A stretch of 33,925 nt of DNA from Myxococcales bacterium (GCA_037441385.1 JBBISH010000071.1:1-33925), one strand, 5' to 3'; positions 1 to 8,259 are shown, counted from the first letter of the stretch. Program-made: numbers and translations. The notes: generated by a model from the sequence alone, not told the origin.

Positions 1-842
1 CCGCCGCTGAAGCAGCAGTCGAGAATGCAGAGAATTGCCCGGGCATTGCTTTTCTTGAAGCGCTCCGCCAGTGCGTCCATCGAGATGGTCGTGGCTGCCA
101 AGGCATTGCAGTCCGCGTCGAACGTCGGCAGCCCGACGTCGGCCGCCGGTACGCGCTTGGTGGCCGATAACCCCTTGTAGCTAATGACCTGCCCGCCACC
201 CCCGCCACCGCTCAACCCCGCGTGGGTATGCAGGGCGTCCGCGTTGCCGCCGCCGGTCAGGGTCGCCAGCTGCTCGGCCGTCACCTGCTGGTTGGGCCCG
301 CCGCCCAGGCTCAGCTTGCCGGCTTGTAGCGTATGTCCCTGCAGGTCCACGTCTTTGTCAAAGCCCATCGCGGCGACCTTGACGCAGCCGTTGCACTGCA
401 CCCCGGTGGCGATCACGGCCGTGGCGGCGAGCTTGGCCGAGTCGGCCTCCAAGGCGAATGGCACTGCGCCCACGTGCACCCGCGGCAGCACGGTCTTGCC
501 CGCGCCTACGGTGACTTCGCTCCACAGGTCGGCGGTGGCGTGGACGGCCTGGGCGCACTCGGGCGGCAACACCACCGAGAAACGCCCGGTCCCGGCTTCG
601 GCTTGCGCGCTGGGCGAGGTGCACTGCAGGTTGGCGGCGCCCGGCCCGTCGTAGAACTTGACCACGACCTCTTGCGCGGTCTTGTACGGCAGGCCGCTTG
701 CGTCGGTCACGGTCCCGGTGAACACCAGCGGCGCCTGCGCCGGCGCACCCGTGGCCATGGCGCGGGCCCCCAAGAACGCGGCGGTGCCGGCGGTCAGGGC
801 CGACAGCCCTATGGCGACAAGGAGCTTGCGGTCGATGGTCAT
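1..842 (-). CDS. Secreted fibre/adhesin-like protein, partial (runs off left edge); last ~35 aa resemble a caspase-like fragment
   Basis: Not in the ORF track because it has no stop in the window. Manual translation from ATG 842 (AGGAG RBS upstream): MTIDRKLLVAIGLSALTAGTAAFLGARAMATGAPAQAPLVFTGTVTDASG...GRFSVVLP...LWSEVTVGAGKTVLPRVHVGAVPFALEADSAK...VQCNGCVK...ILCILDCCFSG. Signal peptide plus the same N-terminal module as the 29777-31591 fibre gene. Confidence 0.7.
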   Translation of the reverse strand, partial: MTIDRKLLVAIGLSALTAGTAAFLGARAMATGAPAQAPLVFTGTVTDASGLPYKTAQEVVVKFYDGPGAANLQCTSPSAQAEAGTGRFSVVLPPECAQAVHATADLWSEVTVGAGKTVLPRVHVGAVPFALEADSAKLAATAVIATGVQCNGCVKVAAMGFDKDVDLQGHTLQAGKLSLGGGPNQQVTAEQLATLTGGGNADALHTHAGLSGGGGGGQVISYKGLSATKRVPAADVGLPTFDADCNALAATTISMDALAERFKKSNARAILCILDCCFSG

Positions 843-920
843 GCTTGCGGTCTCCTGAGCCAGCTGGCGCGGCGGGGTGTCGCTGCGAGCATAGCCGGGC
901 CGGCCGCTAGCCACAACACA

Positions 921-949
921 ATTGGGGGGCACTTTCTACTCCTTGAATT
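921..949 (-). repeat. Dispersed boundary motif copy 1 (C-rich variant AGTAGAAAGTGCCCCCCAAT)
   Basis: 922-949 matches 1607-1634 at 26/28 positions. Confidence 0.85.
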
Positions 950-1016
950 GCTTGAGTTCCATGGTGGCGGTCTGGCCGCGCTTGCCATTCCCCAGCCGCT
1001 GCCCGACCATCGCCGC

Positions 1017-1592
1017 ATGACCAGCTACGCCGACGACGACTTCGCCCCCAAACGCCGCCGCCCGCCGCCGCCGCTCACCCCGCAGCGGTTGCGCGCCTTG
1101 GCCGAGGACTATGTTCAGCGCTTTGGCGGTCCGTCCAGCAACCTCAAGCGCTACCTGCAGCGGCAGGTGGACAAGGCCCTAAGCTGGCAGCAGATTCAGC
1201 AGGACGACGTGCGCGCGTGGCAGGCCGAGATGGCCAAGATCCTCGCTGAGTTCCAAGAGGCCGGCGCGGTGGACGACGCTCGCTTTGCCCAGGGCACGGC
1301 CGAGGTTCTGCAGCACCGCGGGGTGGCGCCGCGGGTGGTGGCGATGCGGCTTCGGCAAAAGGGCATCGGTCAAGCCGACATCCAAGACGCCATCGGCCAA
1401 CTGGGCGACCCGGCGGCGGCGGAGTGGCAGGCGGCCCTGAACCTGGCGCGGCGGCGGCGACTCGGGCCCTATCGGCCCGCGGAAGAACGCAAGGAGCGGC
1501 GGCAGAAGGACGCGGCGGCGCTGGCGCGGGCGGGCTTTTCGGCCGGGGTCGCTTTCAAGGTGGTGGACTTGGACCCCGACCTGCTGCCCTGA
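1017..1592 (+). CDS. recX: RecX family regulatory protein
   Basis: C-terminal part of ORF 333..1592 from ATG 1017: YVQRFGGPSSNLKRYL, VDDARFA, RLRQKGI, ARRRRLGPYR, LARAGFS, typical of RecX. Confidence 0.88.
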   Translation: MTSYADDDFAPKRRRPPPPLTPQRLRALAEDYVQRFGGPSSNLKRYLQRQVDKALSWQQIQQDDVRAWQAEMAKILAEFQEAGAVDDARFAQGTAEVLQHRGVAPRVVAMRLRQKGIGQADIQDAIGQLGDPAAAEWQAALNLARRRRLGPYRPAEERKERRQKDAAALARAGFSAGVAFKVVDLDPDLLP

Positions 1593-1605
1593 CTACCGAC
1601 AGCAG

Positions 1606-1634
1606 GTTGGGGGGCATTTTCTACTCGTTGAATT
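1606..1634 (-). repeat. Dispersed boundary motif copy 2 (AGTAGAAAATGCCCCCCAAC)
   Basis: Lies between the convergent recX and HD genes; direct repeat of copy 1. Confidence 0.85.
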
Positions 1635-1637
1635 CAC

Positions 1638-2186
1638 TCAGTCTGGCTGGGGCCGCTGGGCCAGGAGCCCGTCGAACACCGCCTCCAGCCCAGGGTGGAC
1701 ACCCCGCACCCCGGCGACCACGGCGGCGGCCCAATCGAAGTACTCGGCACGGCGCTGCAAGGACCAGTCGGCCGGCGGCGCCGCCACAAGGTCGCGCAGG
1801 TTGGCGATTTTGTCGGCCAGCTTGACCAACTTGGCGCGATGCGAGGCGTGGGCGGCATGCTCGATCTGCAGGCGCTTGCGCTCCGCCTTGGGCAGGGACT
1901 TGTCGTCGCTCACCTCGGCCACGATCCCCGCGACAACAGGGCCGAACTGGGCGACCAGCTCGTCCAGCGTGGTCCCCGTGTCCTCGACGGTGTCGTGTAG
2001 CAGCGCGCCACACAGCACGTCGATGTCGTCGACGCCGCCCTCTACGGCCAACAAAGTGGCCAGGGCCAGCGGGTGGTTGATGTAGGCCGAGGCCTCGGCG
2101 TCTTTGCGGCGCTGGGTGCGGTGGCGGTGCGCGGCAAAGCTCGCCGCACTCAAAAGTTTTTGCAGGTCCGTCGCGGGTGCCGTCAC
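1638..2186 (-). CDS. HD-domain small alarmone hydrolase (Mesh1/HDDC3-like (p)ppGpp 3'-pyrophosphohydrolase)
   Basis: GTG 2186 with GAGGAG RBS; FAAHRHRTQRRKD...YINHP, LLHDTVEDT, EVSDDKSLPKAERKRLQIEHA, KLVKLADKIANLRDL. Confidence 0.9.
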   Translation of the reverse strand: MTAPATDLQKLLSAASFAAHRHRTQRRKDAEASAYINHPLALATLLAVEGGVDDIDVLCGALLHDTVEDTGTTLDELVAQFGPVVAGIVAEVSDDKSLPKAERKRLQIEHAAHASHRAKLVKLADKIANLRDLVAAPPADWSLQRRAEYFDWAAAVVAGVRGVHPGLEAVFDGLLAQRPQPD

Positions 2187-2319
2187 GGGACTCTCCTCAA
2201 GGTAGTTGCTGGCACTGTGCGCTTGGCGGGCAGAAAGCGTCAAGTCGAGCGCCACGCAGGCCGGTGGCGGTTGGCCGACGCAGAATCGTCCGTAGTACCA
2301 GTTCCGTCCGAATCGGATT

Positions 2320-2379
2320 GAAAACTCGGGCAATTCTCCGGGCCCGAACCGGGGGCCCCGCCAGATTCTCGCCAGTTGC
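2320..2379. repeat. 60-bp intergenic repeat family B, copy 1
   Basis: Ungapped 51/60 identity to 31777-31836. Confidence 0.85.
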
Positions 2380-2488
2380 GCAACGAGTCAGACTAAGCGT
2401 ATAGGCGTGAATCAGGCGGGGTGCGCATAGCGTGGCCGCGCCGGAGGCACCGACGATTTCCGCACCCCCGGCTGACTGACTGCTGCGG

Positions 2489-2503
2489 CAAGTTGCCAAC
2501 TTG
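2489..2503. promoter_or_regulatory. Perfect 7-1-7 inverted repeat CAAGTTG-C-CAACTTG, candidate operator
   Basis: Located in the divergent intergenic region ~120 bp upstream of the monooxygenase gene; function inferred. Confidence 0.35.
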
Positions 2504-2622
2504 TTACATAAGGTTGACCACCCTCCCGCTTGCACCTGCAACGGCCTCGCCACTATCATTCTTGACCTGCGCAGCCCTGGGTGGGACCGGGCGGCTGCCA
2601 ATTCACCATCCGCGGAGAATCC

Positions 2623-3654
2623 ATGAACCCCTTGATGTGGTGCGCCTTTGCCGGGCGCCGCTCGGACTCGTCGGCGCTGGCCAAGCGCACTCCCCGTTTC
2701 GCCCGTGTTGGCGCCTTGCTGACCAGGGCCGTGCTCTTGGCCAGCGCAGTCGCGGCGTGCGAGTCGGGATCCACCGGCACTTCAGTGGTGGCTGACCAAA
2801 AGGCCAAGGGCTATCCCGTTCTGAAGGCCACCGAGGGCCGCACTTTTGTTGGCCCCAAGCTGACCATCAAGAAGGGCAAAGATGCGATGTATTGCTGGGT
2901 GCCGGACTGGTCGCCGGATCAAGACTACTGGGTGACGAAATTTACGGCTTTCCAAGGCTCGTTGGGCCACCACATCGTGGCGATGCGCTCGGACGACCCG
3001 CTGCCGCCGGGCAAGACGTGGGAGTGCAGCTCGGTGGCGGACATGGTCAACCTGCGGCCGCTGGTCTTGCCGGACAACAGCACCAAAGAGAACTTTCAGT
3101 TCCTGCCGCCGGGCGGTGCGGTCAAGCTGGCCAAGGGCACGTCGATCGTCTTCCAGTCGCACTACAACAACTACAGCGACAGCGACATCGAGATCCAGGA
3201 CGCTGCCAACCTGAGCTTCACGGCCGTTTCCCCCGAGATGGAAGTCAACTACGTCCTGGTCAACGCGAGCGATATCACGATTTTGCCGGGCGAGACTACC
3301 AGCGTCACCAAGGATTGCGAGGTGCCGATGGACCTCGACATCGTTGCGACCACCGGCCACATGCACGAATGGGGCAAGCACATCGAGGTCGACGTGGTGC
3401 CCGGCGACGGCAGCAAGTCCCAGCAGATGTATAGCGTGCCGTCCTGGACCGCCGAGTACCGCGACGCCCCGCCCGTGACCGTGCTGCACGCCGCCGGCAA
3501 AAGTGTCCACCTCAAGGCCGGCGACAAAATCCGCGTTACGTGCACCTGGCACAACGACACCCAGAAGAAGATCGGGTATCCCGCCGAGATGTGCACCAGC
3601 GTGAACTACTACACCTCCAAGAATCCCAAGGGGTTGATCCTGTGCGACGACTAG
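2623..3654 (+). CDS. Copper type II (PHM/DBH-like) monooxygenase-domain lipoprotein
   Basis: ATG 2623 after GGAG; lipobox-like AVAAC; Cu-ligand motifs GHHIV, QSHYNN, GHMHEWG, AEMC. Confidence 0.8.
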   Translation: MNPLMWCAFAGRRSDSSALAKRTPRFARVGALLTRAVLLASAVAACESGSTGTSVVADQKAKGYPVLKATEGRTFVGPKLTIKKGKDAMYCWVPDWSPDQDYWVTKFTAFQGSLGHHIVAMRSDDPLPPGKTWECSSVADMVNLRPLVLPDNSTKENFQFLPPGGAVKLAKGTSIVFQSHYNNYSDSDIEIQDAANLSFTAVSPEMEVNYVLVNASDITILPGETTSVTKDCEVPMDLDIVATTGHMHEWGKHIEVDVVPGDGSKSQQMYSVPSWTAEYRDAPPVTVLHAAGKSVHLKAGDKIRVTCTWHNDTQKKIGYPAEMCTSVNYYTSKNPKGLILCDD

Positions 3655-4103
3655 CCTCGCTCCTCTTCATCCTCGCGGGCTGCCAGGGCACTGCGGCCAC
3701 GGTCTCAACCCACGACGCGACAGACACGGCCGACACTGGCAGCGTTGCCGGCAAAGCCTGCGTCAGCGCGGTGGCCCCCTTGCACGCGTGCCAGGCGCGC
3801 TGGTGCGACAACCCCAAGGGCGTTGGTCGGCCGTGCACCAAGGGCGGCGGCGAGTGCAACCTGAACAAGGCGCTGGGCAGCGACCTGGACCTGCCGGCGG
3901 TCATCTGCACGGCGGCGTACTCGACCGAAGATCAGTTCTGCACGCGCCCGTGCGGCAGCGACGACGACTGCGGCGCCGGGGCCGTCTGCGCGGGCGACCC
4001 CGACAACCCCAAGTCCGGCAAGGGCTGCATGCTCGCCGCCTGCCTGAGCGGTTCCAGCACAGCCACCGCCGACGCGGGCAGCACCGACGCGACCGCTGAC
4101 TGA
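3642..4103 (+). CDS. Cys-rich lipoprotein, hypothetical
   Basis: GTG 3642 overlaps the upstream stop; (M)RRLASLLFILAGC lipobox; about 10 further Cys (GVGRPCTKGGGEC, FCTRPCGSDDDCGAGAVC). Confidence 0.7.
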   Translation: MRRLASLLFILAGCQGTAATVSTHDATDTADTGSVAGKACVSAVAPLHACQARWCDNPKGVGRPCTKGGGECNLNKALGSDLDLPAVICTAAYSTEDQFCTRPCGSDDDCGAGAVCAGDPDNPKSGKGCMLAACLSGSSTATADAGSTDATAD

Positions 4104-4123
4104 ATACCGCAATCATTTTGTGG

Positions 4124-4142
4124 AGTAGAATATGGCTGCATC
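4124..4142 (+). repeat. Dispersed boundary motif copy 3 (AGTAGAATATGGCTGCATC)
   Basis: One mismatch to consensus; contains the ATG at 4132. Confidence 0.85.
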
Positions 4143-4566
4143 CGTTTTCGGCGTTCGGAGCTGGCCAGTTTGGCTCCTAGCCGCCCTGGCCGCCGGCTGC
4201 GCGACCGACGACGGCGAACCGGCGACCACCAGCCAGCCCACCCTGACTTGGCTGCAGGCCAACGTGTTCAGCAAAAGCTGCGCCGTCAGCGGCTGTCACG
4301 GCGCCGGGTCGCCCGCAGCGGGCCTGAAATTGACCGACGCCCCCGCCAGCCGGGCCAGCCTGGTCGGCGTGGCCAGCCAAGTCAGCGACGGCCAAGGGGG
4401 CACGTACCTCCGCGTCGCCGCAAGTGATCCCAGCAAGTCGCTGCTCTACTTGATCGTCCAGGGCAAGGTGGGCAGCCAGCGCCAGATGCCGCCTGGGCTG
4501 GCGCTGCCGGCCGAAAAGGTCGAAGCCATCCGCGGTTGGATTGCTGCCGGCGCTCCCGCCAATTGA
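4132..4566 (+). CDS. Lipoprotein with c-type cytochrome-like domain (CX4CH)
   Basis: LAALAAGC lipobox; VFSKSCAVSGCHG, PSKSLLY, QMPPG, IRGWIAAGA resemble planctomycete/myxobacterial cytochrome c domains. Confidence 0.75.
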   Translation: MAASVFGVRSWPVWLLAALAAGCATDDGEPATTSQPTLTWLQANVFSKSCAVSGCHGAGSPAAGLKLTDAPASRASLVGVASQVSDGQGGTYLRVAASDPSKSLLYLIVQGKVGSQRQMPPGLALPAEKVEAIRGWIAAGAPAN

Positions 4567-4575
4567 GCCAATTGT

Positions 4576-4890
4576 TCAGGCCGTTGGCGCGCGCATCCGC
4601 ACCAGCCGCGTCCCGCGCGGCAGGCGTGCCGCCGTGTCGACCCAGTCCGCTCCGTCAAAATGGTAACGAACTTGCACGGCTGCGCACTCTCCGGCCTGTA
4701 GCGCGGTACCCGCGCGGGCCAAGTGCTCGGCCGGTGCCAGCTGGGCATACCCAGGGCCGCCCTTGACCGCCACGCTCTCGACCTGGGCGAATTCCTTCAG
4801 GTCCGTCAGCCACTGCGCGAGCTCGCCGGCGTCCAACCAGACCTCGTGGACAGGCGGCAAGTCCTTGACATCCAACACAGTCTCGCTCAT
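4576..4890 (-). CDS. Small hypothetical protein translationally coupled to napB
   Basis: ATG 4890 overlaps the napB stop (ATGA); 104 aa MSETVLDVKDLPPVHEVWLDAGELAQWLTDL...VQVRYHFDGADWVDT. Confidence 0.7.
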   Translation of the reverse strand: MSETVLDVKDLPPVHEVWLDAGELAQWLTDLKEFAQVESVAVKGGPGYAQLAPAEHLARAGTALQAGECAAVQVRYHFDGADWVDTAARLPRGTRLVRMRAPTA

Positions 4891-5729
4891 GGCGCGGGGG
4901 CTCCCTGCGGATTGCCGACGCTGGCCCGCGGCATCTCGCCAGCTTGCGCGCCCGGACCTGGTGGCAGCGGCGAGCGCGGCGGCCCCGGGTTCTCCAAATC
5001 CGACTGCAGCGCATGGCATTGCACGCAGCTGGTCCGCCAAGGGTGCGACGTCTTGAGCCCCAGCGCGCCGCTGTCGCCGTGGCAGGCGGTGCATTGGTTG
5101 CGCATCCAGGTGCTGTGCGGGGTGGCGGGAGGCGCCCCCGGCCAGGCGCGGCGGCCAAAACTGGGGCCCCACCAGCCTACAAAGCTGCTGCTGCCCACGC
5201 TTTGGTCCAGGCGCGCCATCGACTTGGGCAGTGGTGCGTCGGTCGGCACGTGGCATTGGGTGCAGTTGGTGTAGTTGGCGTGGCTGGCCTGCGGGATCGG
5301 CTTGCCCCCGATCAGCAGTCCCTCCATGTGGCAGGCCCCGCACGCCGCCAGTCCCTCTTGACCCACCACGTGCGGCACCCGCGGTGGCGCCCCGTCAAAC
5401 GCGCGCAGCTGGCGACGGGCCGCAACCGCCTGCTCACGCTCGGCAAAGCCAGGGTCCACGGTCGCCGAGACGTCGCGCGGCGGCATCTGCTGTAGGAGCA
5501 GCTCGCTAGCGCCCGGCGGCAGCGGATCCCGGCCGCGTTCGCGCAGTTCGCGGTAGCTCGGCGCGGGCGGTACCCCAACGGCGTCCTGCGCGGTGGGTGC
5601 CGACGCGGCCGGCCTCTCGACGTGGGTAGTCCCGGCCAAGAAGCCGACGAGCGCCACCGACAGCGCCCCGACCGCCAGCACGTGCAGCCAGCGGCCACCG
5701 GGATTGGGTTGTTTTTCATGCGTTTGCAT
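4887..5729 (-). CDS. napB: Nitrate reductase cytochrome c subunit NapB, tandem-domain tetraheme form
   Basis: ATG 5729 after GGAGGT; N-terminal TM/signal; two GAPPxxPH...CxxCH...CxQCH units (CGACH, CTQCH, CTACH, CVQCH); directly downstream of napA. Confidence 0.85.
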   Translation of the reverse strand: MQTHEKQPNPGGRWLHVLAVGALSVALVGFLAGTTHVERPAASAPTAQDAVGVPPAPSYRELRERGRDPLPPGASELLLQQMPPRDVSATVDPGFAEREQAVAARRQLRAFDGAPPRVPHVVGQEGLAACGACHMEGLLIGGKPIPQASHANYTNCTQCHVPTDAPLPKSMARLDQSVGSSSFVGWWGPSFGRRAWPGAPPATPHSTWMRNQCTACHGDSGALGLKTSHPWRTSCVQCHALQSDLENPGPPRSPLPPGPGAQAGEMPRASVGNPQGAPAP

Positions 5730-5742
5730 GGTCACCTCCGGA

Positions 5743-8232
5743 CTAGCCGTTGCCGCGCGCGGGTGCATACGCCGGCTGGGCGGGTGCGACGGCGACCTTG
5801 CGCAGGCGCACCGCGCACTTCTTGTAGTCCGGCTGCTTGCTGATCGGGCAGTGCGCCTCCAGCGTCACCTGGTTGATCAGCAACCGCTCGTCGTAGAACG
5901 GCACGAACACCAGCCCTTTTTGCGGCTTGGCCCGCCCACCGATCCACGCCGGCACTTCGATGGAGCCGCGCCGCGACTCGACCGCCACCACCTCGCCGTT
6001 CTGGATGCCCAGCGCCTTGGCGTCGTCGGGGTGGACCTCGACATAGGCCTGAGGCATCGCGTCGCGCAAGGGCGCAATCCGCATCGTCATCGTGCCGCTG
6101 TGCCAGTGTTCGATGACGCGGCCGGTACACAGCCACAGCGGGTAGTCGGCGTCGGGCACCTCGGGCGGCGCCTCATAGGGGTTGAACCAGACCTGGGCGC
6201 GGTCGTCCTTGGTCACCGAGTGGTAGAACTGGATGACCTCACCCTTCTTGACGTAGGGGTCATCGAACTCCGCGAACCGGAAGCGGGTCTCGCGCCACGA
6301 GCCGTCCGGCTGCTGCACCACCGGCCAGCGCAGACCGCGCGCCTTGACGTACTCTTGATAGGGCGCCAGGTCTTTGTGCTTGTAGCGCGAGAACTTGCGG
6401 TACTCCTCGAACAGGGCCTCGTCCACATTCCGGTCGTAGTAGTGCGGCCACTGCCAAGCCGGCACCTCGCGACCGTCTTTCTCCATGTGGAACAGGAATT
6501 TTCCGTCCACCGTCTTCATCCCCGGGTGGCCCAGCTCGAGCAGCTTGTGCGCCACCGCGAGGGTCTGCCAGCAGTCGTCGCGCGCCTCGCCGGGCGGGTC
6601 CACCATCTTGAACCACTGCTGGGTCCGCCGCTCCGAGTTGCCGAACATGCCGTTCTTCTCGACCCACATCGCGCTCGGCAGCACCAGGTCGGCGTCGCGG
6701 GTGGTCGCGGTGGGGTACACGTCCGAGACGATGAGGAACTTGTCTGGCCCCGCCTTGTGGTGACTGAACAGCTTGGTGCGATTCGGCAGCGTTTGTCCGG
6801 GGTTGGTCACCTGCACCCAGATGGTGTGGATGTCGCCGCCCTTGTCCGTGGGGGTCGAGAACTTCTCCCACATCGCCACCGTGTGGTAGCCGGGCTTGGC
6901 CAGGATGCGCCCCTTGGGAACGCCCCAAATCTCCTCCGTTTCCTCGCGGTGGTGGTCATTGGCCACCACGCGGCCGCCGGGCAGGGCGTGGGCCAGCGTG
7001 CCCACTTCGCGCACCGTTCCGCAGGCCGAAGGTTGGCCCGTCAGCGAGGTGGGCGCGTCGCCCGGTCGACCAAAATGTCCGCTGAGCAGGTGCACGCCGT
7101 GCACCAGCCGATTGATCGCCGTGCCGCGGGTGTGCTGGTTCATGCCCATGCACCAGAGCGACATGATGCGGCGCTCTTTCTGGCCAAACACCTCGAACAG
7201 CTTCTGCAGCTTGTCTTTTTCGATCCCCGAGATCTCGGCCACCTTGTCCAGCGTGTAGAACGAGACGGCCTTCTTGTACTCCTCGAAGTTCATCGGCACG
7301 CCGTCCAGGTTCGGCTTGGCCACGTCGGCGTCCTTGCGGAAGGCGACCCGCTTGTCGACGAAGGCCTGGTCGAGCTTGCCATTCTGGATCAAGTAGTTGG
7401 CGATGCCATTGGCGATCGCCAGGTCGCTCTGCGGCTTGAACATCAGCACATGGTCGGCGTGGTCCGACGACCGGGTGTGGCGCGTGGTGATGTCAAAAAT
7501 CGTCACTTTTTCGCCGCGCAGGCGCCGGTCGACGATCCGCGAGAACAGTACCGGGTGCATCTCGGCCGGGTTGTTGCCCCACAAGATGATGGTGTCGGCG
7601 GCCTCCAAGTCGTCGTAGCAGCCCGCCGGCTCGTCAACGCCGTAGGTCGAGATAAAGCCCGTCACGGCCGAGGCCATGCACAGGCGCGCGTTGGGGTCGA
7701 TGTGGTTGTGACCCAGGCCACCCTTGATGAACTTGAGCGCCGCGTACCCCTCTGGGATGGTCCACTGGCCCGAGCCGTACATCGCAAAGCCCTTGGGATC
7801 CTTCATAACTCGCTGGGCGACGATCTCGATCGCCTTCTCCCACGAGATGGGCGTCTGGCTGCCGTCGGGCTGGCGGAGCAGCGGCTGGGTCAGCCGGTCC
7901 TGGCCGTACAGGGCGAGGCCGACGTGGTAGCCCTTGACGCACAGCAGGCCCTTGTTCACTTCGGCCATGCGGTCGCCGGCGATGGCCACGACGCGCTTGC
8001 CCTTCTCGGTCTGGGCCACGCCGACCTGCACGTGGCAGCCTGTCCCACAAAAGCGGCACGGGGCCTTGTTCCAGGTCACCTCGGCGTTGCGGGCGGCGAT
8101 GCCTGGGTCCACGGCCGGGGCCGTCGTCGCGGGCGCGGTCGGCGTCGCCTCGGCGCGCGAACGCACCAGGGCCGAGGCCGCGGCCAGGGCCGACATCTGT
8201 GCGGACTTCTGCAAGAAATTGCGCCGATCCAT
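5743..8232 (-). CDS. napA: Periplasmic nitrate reductase catalytic subunit
   Basis: Tat signal MDRRNFLQ; APCRFCGTGC [4Fe-4S]; GSGQWTIPEGYAA; PNARLCMASA; SLTGQPSACGTVREVG; TGRVIEHWHSGTMT; CPISKQPDYKKCAV. Confidence 0.97.
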   Translation of the reverse strand: MDRRNFLQKSAQMSALAAASALVRSRAEATPTAPATTAPAVDPGIAARNAEVTWNKAPCRFCGTGCHVQVGVAQTEKGKRVVAIAGDRMAEVNKGLLCVKGYHVGLALYGQDRLTQPLLRQPDGSQTPISWEKAIEIVAQRVMKDPKGFAMYGSGQWTIPEGYAALKFIKGGLGHNHIDPNARLCMASAVTGFISTYGVDEPAGCYDDLEAADTIILWGNNPAEMHPVLFSRIVDRRLRGEKVTIFDITTRHTRSSDHADHVLMFKPQSDLAIANGIANYLIQNGKLDQAFVDKRVAFRKDADVAKPNLDGVPMNFEEYKKAVSFYTLDKVAEISGIEKDKLQKLFEVFGQKERRIMSLWCMGMNQHTRGTAINRLVHGVHLLSGHFGRPGDAPTSLTGQPSACGTVREVGTLAHALPGGRVVANDHHREETEEIWGVPKGRILAKPGYHTVAMWEKFSTPTDKGGDIHTIWVQVTNPGQTLPNRTKLFSHHKAGPDKFLIVSDVYPTATTRDADLVLPSAMWVEKNGMFGNSERRTQQWFKMVDPPGEARDDCWQTLAVAHKLLELGHPGMKTVDGKFLFHMEKDGREVPAWQWPHYYDRNVDEALFEEYRKFSRYKHKDLAPYQEYVKARGLRWPVVQQPDGSWRETRFRFAEFDDPYVKKGEVIQFYHSVTKDDRAQVWFNPYEAPPEVPDADYPLWLCTGRVIEHWHSGTMTMRIAPLRDAMPQAYVEVHPDDAKALGIQNGEVVAVESRRGSIEVPAWIGGRAKPQKGLVFVPFYDERLLINQVTLEAHCPISKQPDYKKCAVRLRKVAVAPAQPAYAPARGNG

Positions 8233-8259
8233 CTGCTTCCTCCTGGCCCCGAGGGGCCG

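Noticed and set aside
333..1016. N-terminal extension of recX in the ORF track
   Set aside because: It is antisense to the fibre-like gene at 1-842 and crosses the intergenic repeat; RecX similarity starts near ATG 1017.
922..1634. 28-bp sites as canonical XerCD dif/pdif
   Set aside because: The length fits, but the inner TAA-N6-TTA symmetry and the TTATGTTAAAT XerD arm are absent.
2197..2601. Peptide similarity ATGENLAGPPVRARRIARVF versus ATGENQAGTPARAQRIAGVF (ORF 31588-32439) as a small protein family
   Set aside because: It is a by-product of the 60-bp DNA repeat; substitutions are non-synonymous and spread across all codon positions.
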